Source of the DNA: Candidatus Latescibacterota bacterium
GTDB lineage: Bacteria > Latescibacterota > UBA2968 > UBA8231
Length of the DNA: 64,000 nt
Direction of reading: 5' to 3'
Assembly (NCBI GenBank): GCA_965243025.1
Contig: CBDETY010000003.1
Span: forward strand, 5,952,001 to 6,016,000
Position numbers and translations under genes: made by a program. Below the pieces are notes generated by a model. The model saw only the letters and a program-made list of their open reading frames with translations, did no database searches and had not been told where the DNA came from. Positions 46,889 through 57,176 of this stretch are shown piece after piece. Numbering within the stretch: the stretch's first letter is position 1; every line of letters starts with the position of its first letter.

Positions 46889-47842
46889 ATGAAAAACAGC
46901 TGCCGCGCCATTCTTTGCCTGGCACTCTCGCTGGCAACCTCCGCCGGCGCCCACAGCGGCGGACGTGTGTATCCCATTCCGGAGCTCACCGACGAGATGC
47001 TGGAAAAGATCCAGCTGGACGACGGCTCGGTGGAGGAGTGGTACGACCTGATAGGCGAACCCGCCATGTCCCTGGTGGATTTCAGATTGTACGGAACCGT
47101 ACCCGATCCGTCAGACCTGGACTTCCGCATCTGGCTGGCCTGGCACGGTGACCCGGATCGGCTCTATATCGCCTTCTCGTCCAGCGATGACGTGTTCCAC
47201 GAATCTCCATGGTCCGGGAACGATATCGAACTTCAACTGACGATCGACGGAAATCACAGCGGCGGGGATGGTTATTCGAACTTTACCTTCGACGAATCGG
47301 AGGGTGTTTGGGGGGAGGCGCAACAATACAGGGCAATGGCCCGAACGACCGCCGGCGACCCTGCGTTGTACGCCTACTACACCTCCAGCTCGGGAGGCAG
47401 GGGGTTCAGCGGCAGGTTTTCGGATGATTCCTGGACGCTCTTTCCTCCCTACGCTGACATTGGCGGTGACATCGCGGGAGAAAACCCGACCATCACCGTG
47501 ATCGAGTTGTACGTCACTCCATACGACAGTTGGCAGGGATACGACAGCGGGCCTGAAGGCGCCTTGTTAAGCGAACTGACTGCCGGAGAGTTCATCGGCT
47601 TTGCGATCCTCGTGGTCGATGAGGATGGCGAAGACGGCTGGTACCCCTTGACGCCTGAACCAGTCCAGACTGAAGAGCCCCGGGAAGACCTGCTGTTCCT
47701 CCATCGGGCGGATCTCTACCTCGACGGGCTGCTGCTGCCTGCCGACCCGGCAGGTCCTCGGGATGGCTCGGCAGTGGAGTCCGTGACCTGGGGGCGGATC
47801 AAGGCGTCTCTGGAAATCAAGGCGTCTCTGGAAATGGAGTAG
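46889..47842 (+). CDS. Secreted CBM9-like protein with SAVESVTWGRIKASL (paralog 5)
   Basis: GGAGG RBS, signal peptide, YPIPELTDE, DLDFRIWLAWH, ELYVTPYD. Confidence 0.82.
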   Translation: MKNSCRAILCLALSLATSAGAHSGGRVYPIPELTDEMLEKIQLDDGSVEEWYDLIGEPAMSLVDFRLYGTVPDPSDLDFRIWLAWHGDPDRLYIAFSSSDDVFHESPWSGNDIELQLTIDGNHSGGDGYSNFTFDESEGVWGEAQQYRAMARTTAGDPALYAYYTSSSGGRGFSGRFSDDSWTLFPPYADIGGDIAGENPTITVIELYVTPYDSWQGYDSGPEGALLSELTAGEFIGFAILVVDEDGEDGWYPLTPEPVQTEEPREDLLFLHRADLYLDGLLLPADPAGPRDGSAVESVTWGRIKASLEIKASLEME

Positions 47843-47985
47843 CCGTCCGAGCTCTCCTTGCAGTTCCCCCGATAGTCGCGCCAAGTACCGTTTTTTGAGG
47901 AAGGGACGCCCGACTTCCCATGGGCCCGACAGGATCAGGCTGAAAAGAGGCGTCCGTAGTCGGGGCGCCGCTCAGAAAAAGAAAC

Positions 47986-49575
47986 ATGGCTGAAGAGAGA
48001 GTTCTTTCCGGACCGTGGCAGGGCTTCTTCCCGGGGGACTGGGTAAGGCCGAGAAGCAACCCCGGGACGTGGATGCCGCTGGTCGACGTCTCGGAGATCT
48101 TTCCCGGCAACAGGAGCGTCTCCCGCCAGGGGGAGTACAACCTCTACGACGCGCCTGTGGGAATCGAGCTGAAAATAGAAGAGGCCGCCAGGGCCCCCGT
48201 GGTTTTCGACGGAGAGGTCGAGTGGGAGAAAGGGGGGCTCTCACCCAGCGACGTGTGGTACGAGGACGGCCGCTATCACATGTTCTACCACGCCGCCGGG
48301 ACCGGCACCTGCTACGCCGTCAGCGACGACTGCTACCACTGGACCCGTCCCGAGCTGGGAGAGGTGGAGTACGGCGGCTCGAAAAGGAACAACATCCGCC
48401 CCGACACCCATCCGGAGGGGGGCATTTTCGAGGACCCCTCGGCCCCGCCCGAGGAGCGGTTCAAGGCCATGGGGGCCGGGGCCGGCTGGTACGACCCCGA
48501 CACCTGGGAGAAGCTGTCCGACGAGGAGGCCCGGAAGCGGTGGGACGCCATGCACTACGAGGGGCAGGACTACCGGGGCCCGAAGGTGGTGCTGCGGGGG
48601 TGGATGGTCGGCTGGACGTCGCCTGACCGCTTTCACGGCTGGAAGCGGATTGAAGAGCCGCTGGCGGAGTACTCCGTCAACGGGGGCATCGTCGCCGGGT
48701 ACGACGAAGCGAGCGGCACCTACTACGCCTACATGCAGCCCCAGGGGTTTGCCCCGGAGGATCCGAAGGGTATCGGGACGGGCGTTCAGGAGGTGGAGAT
48801 GGTGCGCCGGGCGAACGGCTTCTGCAGAACCAGGGACTTCCGCCGCTGGCCGGCCTCGAAGCTGGTGATGCACCCCGACTCCCAGGACGACCTCGACATC
48901 TCCTTCTACGCTCACAGCTACTTTCCGTATCCCGGACGCACCGATCTCCACGGCATGCTGACGCCGGTCTTCCACCACATGACCGGCCAGATGGACGTGC
49001 AGATTGCCTTCAGCCGGGACGGGCTGATCTGGTACCGCCCGGAACGCCGGCCCATCGTGACCCTGGGCCCTCCCGGAAGCGGCGAGGAGGGCATGATCGG
49101 CACCTCCGGTATCTTCGAGCTGCCGGACGGCCACTGGGGCGCCCAGTACTGGGCCGAATCGAGGCTTCACAACGTCAAGGAGGAGTACACCGACTCCCTG
49201 TTCCCGCAGCAGCAGCCGAGAAAGATGGGCTGGGCCCTGTGGCAGCCGCACCGCTTCTGCGGTTTCGAGGCGCGGACCGAGGGGCGCTTCACCATACCCA
49301 CCATCTTGCGGCGCAACGACGAGCTGCGGCTGAACTACCTCTGCCAGCCGGGGGGCTGGGTGAGCGTGGAGCTGATGCGCATGATGCCCTCGATGTTCCA
49401 CGGGGACGTCGACCCGCTCCGGGGGTTCACCTTCGAGGAGTGCGACCGCCTTACCGGGGATTGCGCTGACCGGGTGGTGACCTGGCGGGGAAGGAGCGAC
49501 ATCTCCGGGGTGGGCGAGATGGTGGCGGTCCGGCTGAAGATGTTCCAGGCCAAGCTGTTCGCCTACCGGGTGTGA
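47986..49575 (+). CDS. Glycoside-hydrolase-like beta-propeller protein
   Basis: YAVSDD..HWTRPELG, FEDPSAPPEERFK, FSRDG; architecture like 31616..32995. Confidence 0.65.
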   Translation: MAEERVLSGPWQGFFPGDWVRPRSNPGTWMPLVDVSEIFPGNRSVSRQGEYNLYDAPVGIELKIEEAARAPVVFDGEVEWEKGGLSPSDVWYEDGRYHMFYHAAGTGTCYAVSDDCYHWTRPELGEVEYGGSKRNNIRPDTHPEGGIFEDPSAPPEERFKAMGAGAGWYDPDTWEKLSDEEARKRWDAMHYEGQDYRGPKVVLRGWMVGWTSPDRFHGWKRIEEPLAEYSVNGGIVAGYDEASGTYYAYMQPQGFAPEDPKGIGTGVQEVEMVRRANGFCRTRDFRRWPASKLVMHPDSQDDLDISFYAHSYFPYPGRTDLHGMLTPVFHHMTGQMDVQIAFSRDGLIWYRPERRPIVTLGPPGSGEEGMIGTSGIFELPDGHWGAQYWAESRLHNVKEEYTDSLFPQQQPRKMGWALWQPHRFCGFEARTEGRFTIPTILRRNDELRLNYLCQPGGWVSVELMRMMPSMFHGDVDPLRGFTFEECDRLTGDCADRVVTWRGRSDISGVGEMVAVRLKMFQAKLFAYRV

Positions 49576-49704
49576 CCCGCGACGGGCGGGTTACTGCCGG
49601 GCGTCGCGGCAGCGTGGTGGTGCCGGCACAGGCTCGATGCGGCCCGGTCGCGAGCTCTCGAGCGGGGCCCGGTCGATGCAGCAGTGCCGCACCTTCCCGA
49701 AAAA

Positions 49705-49872
49705 ATGGGTGATGGCGAGGACCATTCCGACGAGCTCCAGAAGATGAAGAGGCTGGTGGAGGATCACGGACTGGAGCTTTTCGTCTTCCACGCCAACCGG
49801 ATTCCCCGGGACAGGATCATCCACGGATGGCCGGGGAGGGACGAACAGATCGAGAGATGGATCAAGGTAATG
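49705..49872 (+). pseudogene. Fragment resembling mannonate dehydratase
   Basis: ELQKMKRLVEDHGLEL...IIHGWPGRDEQIERW resembles the UxuA N-terminal region; the rest is absent. Confidence 0.5.
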
Positions 49873-50017
49873 AGCCTATTCCAACGGCTATATCAAGGCG
49901 TTGATACAGGCCGTATACCGGTGAGTCCGGTTCGGCTGTCCGCGAGTTCTGCCGGCACCGACGCCCGGTAGCGCTCCCCGAAAAAACATCGCTCCGGCGA
50001 GGTACCTGCGGCGAGGC

Positions 50018-50734
50018 ATGCGAATGAATGTTACCCGGTCCGACATAGTCAGCTGTCTGGAAGCCATGGGCCTGAAGGCGGGCGACAGCGTGATGGTCCA
50101 CAGTTCCCTGTCGAGCATGGGCCGCGTCGAGGGTGGAGCGCGGACCGTGGTGGAGGCATTCGTGCAATTGCTCGGGCCCGGGGGGACGCTGATGGTGCCG
50201 ACCTTCACCCACATCGGGTGCCAGTACTTCGATCCGCTCGTTTCACCCTCCTTGAACGGAGCGATCACGGAAGCGGCGAGGAACTTCCCGGGAGCGGTTC
50301 GCAGTCTCCACCCGACTCACGCGGCAACCGCGATCGGACCGGACGCCGAAAGCCTGGTCGATGACCTGGACCGCGGCCCCCTGGGCAGGGATTGCGCCCT
50401 GGACCGGCTGGGCAGGAAAGGGGGCTACGTGCTGCTGCTGGGGGTGGACCACAAATCCAATTCCGCCATCCATATCGGTGAGGACTATGCGGGAGCCGAT
50501 CGTCACAAGTCGATCTCGCCCGACAACCCGAAAGTCGTCGTCCTCAACCACCCCGAGCGGGGGGAGGTGAAGGTGACTCTGACCGAGATGATGGAAGGAA
50601 CGATCGCCTTCGACCGCATGGAAGAGGTTCTGCGAGAGCGAGGCCAACTCGTGGAAGGGAAGATCGGCGAGGCGAAGTGCCAGTTGATGAAGGGCGAGGA
50701 CGTCATCGCAGCGACTCTCGACATCCTGAAGTAG
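50018..50734 (+). CDS. AAC(3)-family N-acetyltransferase homolog
   Basis: GDSVMVHSSLS, GTLMVPTF, RSLHPTH, LLLGV..NSAIH. Confidence 0.88.
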   Translation: MRMNVTRSDIVSCLEAMGLKAGDSVMVHSSLSSMGRVEGGARTVVEAFVQLLGPGGTLMVPTFTHIGCQYFDPLVSPSLNGAITEAARNFPGAVRSLHPTHAATAIGPDAESLVDDLDRGPLGRDCALDRLGRKGGYVLLLGVDHKSNSAIHIGEDYAGADRHKSISPDNPKVVVLNHPERGEVKVTLTEMMEGTIAFDRMEEVLRERGQLVEGKIGEAKCQLMKGEDVIAATLDILK

Positions 50735-50779
50735 CCCCCGCCGCACTGCAAAATCACACCATCGGGAAGAAACCCTGCG

Positions 50780-51889
50780 CTATCCGATGGTGTATTCGTG
50801 AAACGTCGCCGACTGCATCTGCTCCCAGTCGACGTCGAGGCCGAGCCCCGGTTTCTGCGGGGCGTGGACCCAGCCCTCCGCATCGGAGCGGATGACGTCG
50901 ACCATCCCGTACTCGTACGGCTTCTGCGGCACCGAGTGCTCGTAGAAGGAGCAGTTGTCGCAGGCGAGCATCAGGTGGAGGTTGGCCGCCGAGTTGAGGC
51001 TGTACCCCCAGGACATGATCTCGCAGTTGATGCCGGCGGCCTCGGTCAGGGCGACCGCCTTCTGCGTCTGCGTGATGCCCCCCATCATGTGGACGTCGGT
51101 GCGGGCTGAGCGCCAGGCCTTGCTCTCGACCGCCTCCCGGAAACTCATCAGGTCCATGAACCAGTTCCCCGACGGCAGCACCGGGATCGAGGTCCTGCGG
51201 GTCAACTCCCGGTAGCCGTCGAGATCCCAGTCCGGAAGCGGCGCCTCGAACCAGGTGAACCCGAGGTCCTCGATCTCCCTGGCGACCTTCAGGGAGCTGC
51301 CGCGGTCGTAGTTGTTCTCCGCGTCGAGCATGAAGTCGGTCTTCGAGGTGTCGAACTCACGCGCCACCTCCCGGGACAGCTCGAGGTCCTTATCCGGAAT
51401 GCACCAGGTGTGGAACTTGACGGCGGTGTACCCCTCCGCCAGCAGGTCTTCGACGAACTTCAGGTAGGCCGGGACATCCTCGAGCAGCGGCGTGCTCGCG
51501 TAGGACCGGATGCGCTCCCGCGCCGCCCCGAGCAGCCGGTAGATCGGCATGCCGGCGGCCTTCCCCGCCAGGTCCCAGAGCGCGATGTCGATCGCAGCGA
51601 GCACCTGCGGCGGCAGCGGAAACACGCGGGGTCGGATGTCGTGCCAGAGCGCTTCCCGCTGCAGGGGGTCGCGCCCGATGAGGATGGGGGCGACGTGGCG
51701 GATCGCCTCGGCGGTGTACTTCTCGAACCCGTACGAGGTCGCGTTCCAGACGCCGGAGACCGCCTCGACGCCGCCGGCGAACAGGCGCAGCACCGTGTTG
51801 GTCGCGAACTGCGCCGGGAGGTCGTCGGACCAGGTGAACTGCTCGGTCGGGGGAGCGACCGATCTGACTTCGATGCGTTCGATCTTCAT
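50780..51889 (-). CDS. Mandelate racemase/MLE (enolase superfamily) protein
   Basis: IDIALWDLAGK, YAS, MLDA, WFEAP, PGLG. Confidence 0.9.
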   Translation of the reverse strand: MKIERIEVRSVAPPTEQFTWSDDLPAQFATNTVLRLFAGGVEAVSGVWNATSYGFEKYTAEAIRHVAPILIGRDPLQREALWHDIRPRVFPLPPQVLAAIDIALWDLAGKAAGMPIYRLLGAARERIRSYASTPLLEDVPAYLKFVEDLLAEGYTAVKFHTWCIPDKDLELSREVAREFDTSKTDFMLDAENNYDRGSSLKVAREIEDLGFTWFEAPLPDWDLDGYRELTRRTSIPVLPSGNWFMDLMSFREAVESKAWRSARTDVHMMGGITQTQKAVALTEAAGINCEIMSWGYSLNSAANLHLMLACDNCSFYEHSVPQKPYEYGMVDVIRSDAEGWVHAPQKPGLGLDVDWEQMQSATFHEYTIG

Positions 51890-51935
51890 GTTCCTCGGCT
51901 TTCCCGCTTCCCGCCGGTCGGCGGCGGTGTGTCGG

Positions 51936-53123
51936 TTACTCCCAGAAGGGCTCCCCTTCCGGGAGCTCGGCGCGCAGCACCTCGGGCACCAGCTCGATCC
52001 CCAGCCCCGGGCCGTCGGGAACCGCGATCTTGCCGTCGACGATATCGAAGCCGTCGAGGCCCCCCATGTCGGCGATGTAGCGGTGTTCGTACAGCCGCGT
52101 CTCGCTCATGCTGAAATTGCGCACGCACGCTCCGAAATGGACGTTGGCCATGTTGTGCACGAGGGTGCCGCAGTTGTGGAGCGCCACGGGAAGGCCGAAG
52201 TGGTCGGCGAGCTCGGCGATCTTGCGGCCGCCGCTGATGCCGCCGCACCAGCACAGGTCTGGGTGCAGCACGTCGATGGCGCCCTCGACGATAAAGGGGA
52301 AAAAGTCGCGGTACCCCTCGATCTTCTCCCCGGTGCAGACCGGCACCCGCGACGACGCCCTGAGCGCCCGGTAGCCTTCCCAGGACCAGACCTGCAGCGG
52401 ATCCTCTATCCAGAGGGGGCGCGACTCCTCGACAGCCTGGCAGATGCCGGCGGCGGTCGGCACGTCCCACTCGTTGTGGCAGTGCGTGATGAAGTCGTAG
52501 TCCCACCCGAGGGCGTCGCGCATGGTCCCGACTCCGTCCCGGATGATCTTCAGGTCGCTCCCCTTCAGGGACTGGTTCGGTTCGGCGCCGGCGAACGGCC
52601 GCGAGAGAGCCGCCTCCCGGGGCAGCGGGAAGCTGCATTTCAGGGTGCGGAACCCGTAGGGATGAGCCTTGAATTCGGCGGCGAAGTCGTCGACCGCGGC
52701 GCGGTCGCTCCAGTCGGAGGGATCGCCGTTGAAATACATGTCGACGCGCTCGCGGAAGCGGCCGGTCAGCAGCTCGCTGACCGAAGCGCCGAGGATCTTC
52801 CCCGCCAGGTCCCACAGGGCGATGTCGACGCCGCTCACGGTAGGCACGTGCGCCTGGTAGGCGTGCTGCAGCCCCATCATCCGGTGGTAGAGCTTGTCGA
52901 CGTTGAGGGGGTCGGCCCCGAGGAGCACCTTGCCGGCGAGCCACTCGAGGTTCGCCCTGCACATCGAACCGCGCAGTCCCGCTTCGCCGATACCGTACAG
53001 GCCCGAGTCGGTGTCGACGCGCACCAGGCTCTGCCCGGTGGAATACTTGAGCTGCATGGCGGTGACGCCGGTGATGCGCACGCGTCCCCGTTCGCTTTCG
53101 GCGCGTTCGTCGAATGCAGTCAT
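51936..53123 (-). CDS. Mandelate racemase/MLE (enolase superfamily) protein
   Basis: GIGEA, VDIALWDLAGK, WIEDP, TGE, HPD..CGG, PGLGIE. Confidence 0.9.
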   Translation of the reverse strand: MTAFDERAESERGRVRITGVTAMQLKYSTGQSLVRVDTDSGLYGIGEAGLRGSMCRANLEWLAGKVLLGADPLNVDKLYHRMMGLQHAYQAHVPTVSGVDIALWDLAGKILGASVSELLTGRFRERVDMYFNGDPSDWSDRAAVDDFAAEFKAHPYGFRTLKCSFPLPREAALSRPFAGAEPNQSLKGSDLKIIRDGVGTMRDALGWDYDFITHCHNEWDVPTAAGICQAVEESRPLWIEDPLQVWSWEGYRALRASSRVPVCTGEKIEGYRDFFPFIVEGAIDVLHPDLCWCGGISGGRKIAELADHFGLPVALHNCGTLVHNMANVHFGACVRNFSMSETRLYEHRYIADMGGLDGFDIVDGKIAVPDGPGLGIELVPEVLRAELPEGEPFWE

Positions 53124-53236
53124 GATCAGCTTTCCCTATCCTGCCGCCAGGATCAGAACCAGGGTCCGAAGGCCACGCGGCGAGACGGATGCGGCGGCGG
53201 TCGAATTCACGCGGAAATGGCACGCGGGGACACTTG

Positions 53237-54160
53237 CTACCCGCACTGTTCCCATTCCTCTTCGAGACGGTCGTAGCGGTCGCGCAGGGCCTCGACTGCT
53301 TCGGGGGGGATCGGCAGCTTGTTCGACACCAGGTCGATGTTCGCCAGCATGTGCTCGGGCTGTTTGGTGCCGATGATCGCCACGTCGACCTCCGGGTGGC
53401 CGAAGGCGAATCCCATGGCCAGCAGGATGCGGTCCTCCGGCTCTTCGGGAAGCGGCCCCTCGGCCCGCAGCATCCCCGCGCGCCGGTAGTACTCGGAGGT
53501 GTACTCGGGAATGTGCTCGTACGGCCGGGGATCCCGCGCCGCGCCCCAGACGGCGTTGGCGATGGGTCTCTTGACGATGATGCCCATCCCCCTGGATTCG
53601 GCGTCTGGGAGGATTTTCCGGCGCGCTCCCTGGTCCACCAGGTTGAACGAGGTCTGCAGGGTGTCGAACTGCCCGCTGCCGACGGCCCATTCGGCGTTCT
53701 CGTTGTCCCCGGAGTAGCCGATGAAGCGGGTCTTCCCCGCTGCCCTGGCGTCCTCCAGGGCCCGCGTGACGTCGCCGCGCTCGAGCACGTCGATCCGGCA
53801 GGAGTGCAACTGCACGAGGTCGAGGCAGTCGGTGTTCATCAGCCGCAGGCTGCGGTCGATGCTGTCGGCGACGACCTCGTACGTCCAGTCCTCCCCCTCT
53901 CCGCGAGGAACGTAGTGCCCGGCCTTGGTAGCCAGCAGGAACTCGTCCCGGCGGTGCGACACGGTCTTGCCCACCAGCTCTTCGCTGATCCCGTAGCAGG
54001 CCGCCGTGTCGAGGAAGTTGATGCCTGCGTCCAGCGCCGCATTGAGGACGCGTCCCGCCTGCTCCACGTCGCCCCGGGTCAGGATGTAACCGATTTCGGA
54101 CAGGCCGATCCCGAGGCGGGTCACCTCCAGGCCGGTCTTTCCCAACGTCGTGGTTTCCAT
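53237..54160 (-). CDS. Aldo/keto reductase
   Basis: LGKTGLEV, GINFLDTA..YG.SE, ATK, DLVQLH. Confidence 0.92.
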   Translation of the reverse strand: METTTLGKTGLEVTRLGIGLSEIGYILTRGDVEQAGRVLNAALDAGINFLDTAACYGISEELVGKTVSHRRDEFLLATKAGHYVPRGEGEDWTYEVVADSIDRSLRLMNTDCLDLVQLHSCRIDVLERGDVTRALEDARAAGKTRFIGYSGDNENAEWAVGSGQFDTLQTSFNLVDQGARRKILPDAESRGMGIIVKRPIANAVWGAARDPRPYEHIPEYTSEYYRRAGMLRAEGPLPEEPEDRILLAMGFAFGHPEVDVAIIGTKQPEHMLANIDLVSNKLPIPPEAVEALRDRYDRLEEEWEQCG

Positions 54161-54279
54161 GGTTTCTACAGTCTTGCTGGAATTGCGGATGCGTGAACGG
54201 CGGCGGCCGTCCTCACAGCCGGTTTGGGAGGGGCTGACTCGGAGGGAAAGAGATCGAGGAGCGAAGAGGTGTCAACCGG

Positions 54280-55203
54280 TCACACCCGGATTTCGACGTT
54301 CGTCCGTTCTTCGAGAAGACGCACCACCGAGACCGCCGACGACTTTCCCCAGCCCCTTCCGAGAGCCTCGGCGTACTGCCGCTCGATCCGGTCGGCCGAA
54401 TCCATCGGCACCCCCAGGCGCCGTCCGAGCTGAGTGGCCAGGCCGACGTCCTTTGCCGCGAGGTCGAGGGCGAATCCCTCCGCGAAATTGCCGGCGAAAA
54501 GCCCCCCGGGGAATTCCTGCATCGACTGCGTGTTCCCGGAGCTGTTGGAGATGGCCTCGAACAGGGTCTGCGTTTGCACCCCGGCCCTGATGCCGAGGGC
54601 GAACGCCTCGGCCACGAGGAAGTAGCTGCCGAGGTTGACGAGGTTGTTGGCGATCTTGCAGACCGCCCCCGACCCCAGGGGGCCGCAGTGAAGGATGGTT
54701 TTTCCCAGAAGCTCGAGGATGGGCCTGGCCCGGGCGAAAGCGGTCTCCTCCCCTCCGACCATGATGCACAGCGAGGCGCTTTGCGCTCCGATCGTCCCCC
54801 CGCTGACCGGGGCGTCGAGCACCTGCACTCCCGCGGGTTCGGCCGCCGCGGCGATCCGGCGGATCGTATCGGGATCGGTGGTGCCGACATCGCAGAGGAT
54901 CGTTCCCGGGGCTGCCCCTTCGAGGATTCCCCCGGGGCCGGTGGCAACCGCCTCTACGTCCTTCGGCATGGGAAGCGAGGTGAAGACGATTTCGCTCGCC
55001 GCTGCGACGTCCCCCGGGCTCCCGGCCCACGTAGCGCCGCGGGAGAGAATGCCGGAGGCGGCGTTCCTGTCGATGTCGAAGACGCTCAGTTCGCAGCCGC
55101 CGTCGAGGAGATGCCGCGACATGATGCGCCCCATGTTCCCGATGCCGATGAAACCGATCCGGACAGGTTGCGGGCGTTTCGTTGTTCGGGGACTCGCAGG
55201 CAT
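54280..55203 (-). CDS. 3-hydroxyisobutyrate dehydrogenase-family NAD(P) oxidoreductase
   Basis: GFIGIGNMG, DAPVSGG, GSG..CKIANN, KDV. Confidence 0.92.
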   Translation of the reverse strand: MPASPRTTKRPQPVRIGFIGIGNMGRIMSRHLLDGGCELSVFDIDRNAASGILSRGATWAGSPGDVAAASEIVFTSLPMPKDVEAVATGPGGILEGAAPGTILCDVGTTDPDTIRRIAAAAEPAGVQVLDAPVSGGTIGAQSASLCIMVGGEETAFARARPILELLGKTILHCGPLGSGAVCKIANNLVNLGSYFLVAEAFALGIRAGVQTQTLFEAISNSSGNTQSMQEFPGGLFAGNFAEGFALDLAAKDVGLATQLGRRLGVPMDSADRIERQYAEALGRGWGKSSAVSVVRLLEERTNVEIRV

Positions 55204-55293
55204 CGGACCTACCTCTTTGATCGGATTGGATGTCGTCCCGGCTTTCGGGACCGGGGAGGGGAAGAGCTCTGCCGGGGAAGCGGCAGCCGGCTC

Positions 55294-56079
55294 CTATTCG
55301 ACAATGGCGTCGCGAAGCCTGCGGATCTGCTCCTCGCTCATTCCGATGTTGCGCGCGTACCCGACCACGCCGCAATAGCGCTCCTCGAGGGTGCGGAGCA
55401 CGGCGAGCATGGTATCGGGCCGGCACTGCCGGCTGCGGTGGTCCTCCAGGGTGTAGTCGTCGGGGTCGAGCTCCGGGTGGGCCTCGAGATAGGGGCGGTA
55501 GGAGAAGAGGGCGGTGAGCGCGAAGTCTTCGGCGATCGTCTCCTCGGGCACCCCGGCGATCCCGAGGACGAGGCCGACGATGAGCCCCGTCCTCTCGGTG
55601 CCGCCGGCGCAGTGGACGAGGGCGGGGAGCGTCTCCGGCTCACCCAGAAGGCAGAGCGTGTCGTGGATATGGGACTTGCGGCGGTCGAGAACCACCGAGT
55701 AGGACCAGCGCATGTGCTCGACGTAATCGAGCCCCTCCGGGATGCTTTCCCGTTCCCGGATCAGGGTGTCTCCGACCATGTTCTGGTGGTAGTACTTCAC
55801 CTTGTCCGAGCCGAAGAAGACGTTGCGGTTCTTCTGCATCTCCAGGCTCTTCCGCAGGTCGAGAACCGATCGCAGGCCGAAATCGAGAAGGGTCTGCTGC
55901 GAACCGGGCGAGAGCCGGTGCAGGGAGTCGGACCGCAGCAGCCTGCCCCAGCGGGTCCGCCGCCCGTCACGGGTCGCGTATCCCCCTATGTCCCTCGTGT
56001 TGACGGTGCCCTCGAGCTTCAGGTGCCGCCGCGGATCGAGGTTGCCGGTCATGTCCGTCGCTTCCATTTCGGTGATCAA
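55294..56079 (-). CDS. Tyrosine-protein phosphatase (Y_phosphatase3)
   Basis: NTRDIGGY, LRSD, DLR, HCAGGTERTG (Cx5R). Confidence 0.9.
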   Translation of the reverse strand: MITEMEATDMTGNLDPRRHLKLEGTVNTRDIGGYATRDGRRTRWGRLLRSDSLHRLSPGSQQTLLDFGLRSVLDLRKSLEMQKNRNVFFGSDKVKYYHQNMVGDTLIRERESIPEGLDYVEHMRWSYSVVLDRRKSHIHDTLCLLGEPETLPALVHCAGGTERTGLIVGLVLGIAGVPEETIAEDFALTALFSYRPYLEAHPELDPDDYTLEDHRSRQCRPDTMLAVLRTLEERYCGVVGYARNIGMSEEQIRRLRDAIVE

Positions 56080-57116
56080 TCCCGCCAGAGAACGACGCCC
56101 ATGTGGTAGCGCCGGTGCATGGGAATGCGCTGGCAGTAGTAGGCGGTGAGGATGGTGCCGTCCGCCAACTGCAGGCTGGAGGGGTAGCCTCCGTCGACCC
56201 CCTTGGAACTGGTGTCCGACTGGTAGACCTCAGTACTGAACAGCACCCGGGGATCATCCCACGAGACGCCTTGGTCGCGGCTGATCATGGCGCAGACGCC
56301 GAGCATGCCCCGCAGGCGCACCCCGTAGGTGAGCAGGATCGACCGGTCTTGGAGCCGCAACAGGTGGGCGGGCATGTGCCTTGAGGGAGTCACCGGTCCG
56401 CGGCAGGTCCAGGTCAGCCCTTCGTCATCGGAAGCGAAGATCTCGGTCTCGGCGGTTCTCGCCGTGCGGCTGGCGGCGAGCAGCCTGCCCTCCCCCAGGA
56501 CCAGCAGGTCGGTTTCGTTGTACCTGCCGGCGCCGATCAGCCGGGCATCCCCCCAGGTCCGCCCGTCGTCGTCGCTGAAGTAGATCCAGGCGCTGTCGCC
56601 GCTCTCGTCCTCGGAGCGGCTGTCCTCGGCCGAATAACAGGAAACGGCGAGGCGGTTCCCCGAAAGCTTCACCACGTCCCCGAACGGGACGGCGTTGTCG
56701 ACGTTCGCGGGATAGTGGATGGCCCCGCCCCTGCTCCAGGTCCGGCCCCCGTCCGCAGAACGGCAGACCACCGCTTCCTGGTTGCCCATTTCCTCTCTGG
56801 TCCGGGGCCGCTCGAGCGGCTCGCCCCGGGGCGGCGCGAACCTGCGGCCGCTGCACAGGACCACGAAAGCTCCCTCGTGGGTGAGGCCGGCGGCCAGGTC
56901 GCCGCGGGTGCGGCCCGGTTCGTGCTGAACGGGAATGCTGAGGAAGGACCAGAGCCTGCCCCCGTCGCTGCTGATCCAGCATTCCGACGACCCTTCCCAC
57001 AACTGGTGACAGGGCTCGCCGAAGATGGTCGCCACGATGCTGCCGTCCGGCATGAGCGTCAGGTTGGGCCATGCGCACTTGTCGTCGATGGCTACGTAGC
57101 GTTCGAGAATGTCCAT
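56076..57116 (-). CDS. Sialidase/BNR-repeat protein
   Basis: Asp-boxes SSDGGRLW, SADGGRTW, SDDDGRTW, SDDEGLTW, SRDQGVSW; GYP. Confidence 0.85.
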   Translation of the reverse strand: MDILERYVAIDDKCAWPNLTLMPDGSIVATIFGEPCHQLWEGSSECWISSDGGRLWSFLSIPVQHEPGRTRGDLAAGLTHEGAFVVLCSGRRFAPPRGEPLERPRTREEMGNQEAVVCRSADGGRTWSRGGAIHYPANVDNAVPFGDVVKLSGNRLAVSCYSAEDSRSEDESGDSAWIYFSDDDGRTWGDARLIGAGRYNETDLLVLGEGRLLAASRTARTAETEIFASDDEGLTWTCRGPVTPSRHMPAHLLRLQDRSILLTYGVRLRGMLGVCAMISRDQGVSWDDPRVLFSTEVYQSDTSSKGVDGGYPSSLQLADGTILTAYYCQRIPMHRRYHMGVVLWRD

Positions 57117-57176
57117 CCTGCTCCTCCGCGGTCCGGGTTGCCTGAGGCTGGTATGGGGGCGGTTAATTCGGTCGCG

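Noticed and set aside
50018-50734. Aminoglycoside resistance gene
   Set aside because: AAC(3)-fold homologs are widespread and the context is catabolic and non-mobile, so resistance cannot be inferred
55294-56079. Inactive phosphatase because of the atypical P-loop HCAGGTERTG
   Set aside because: Cx5R spacing is intact
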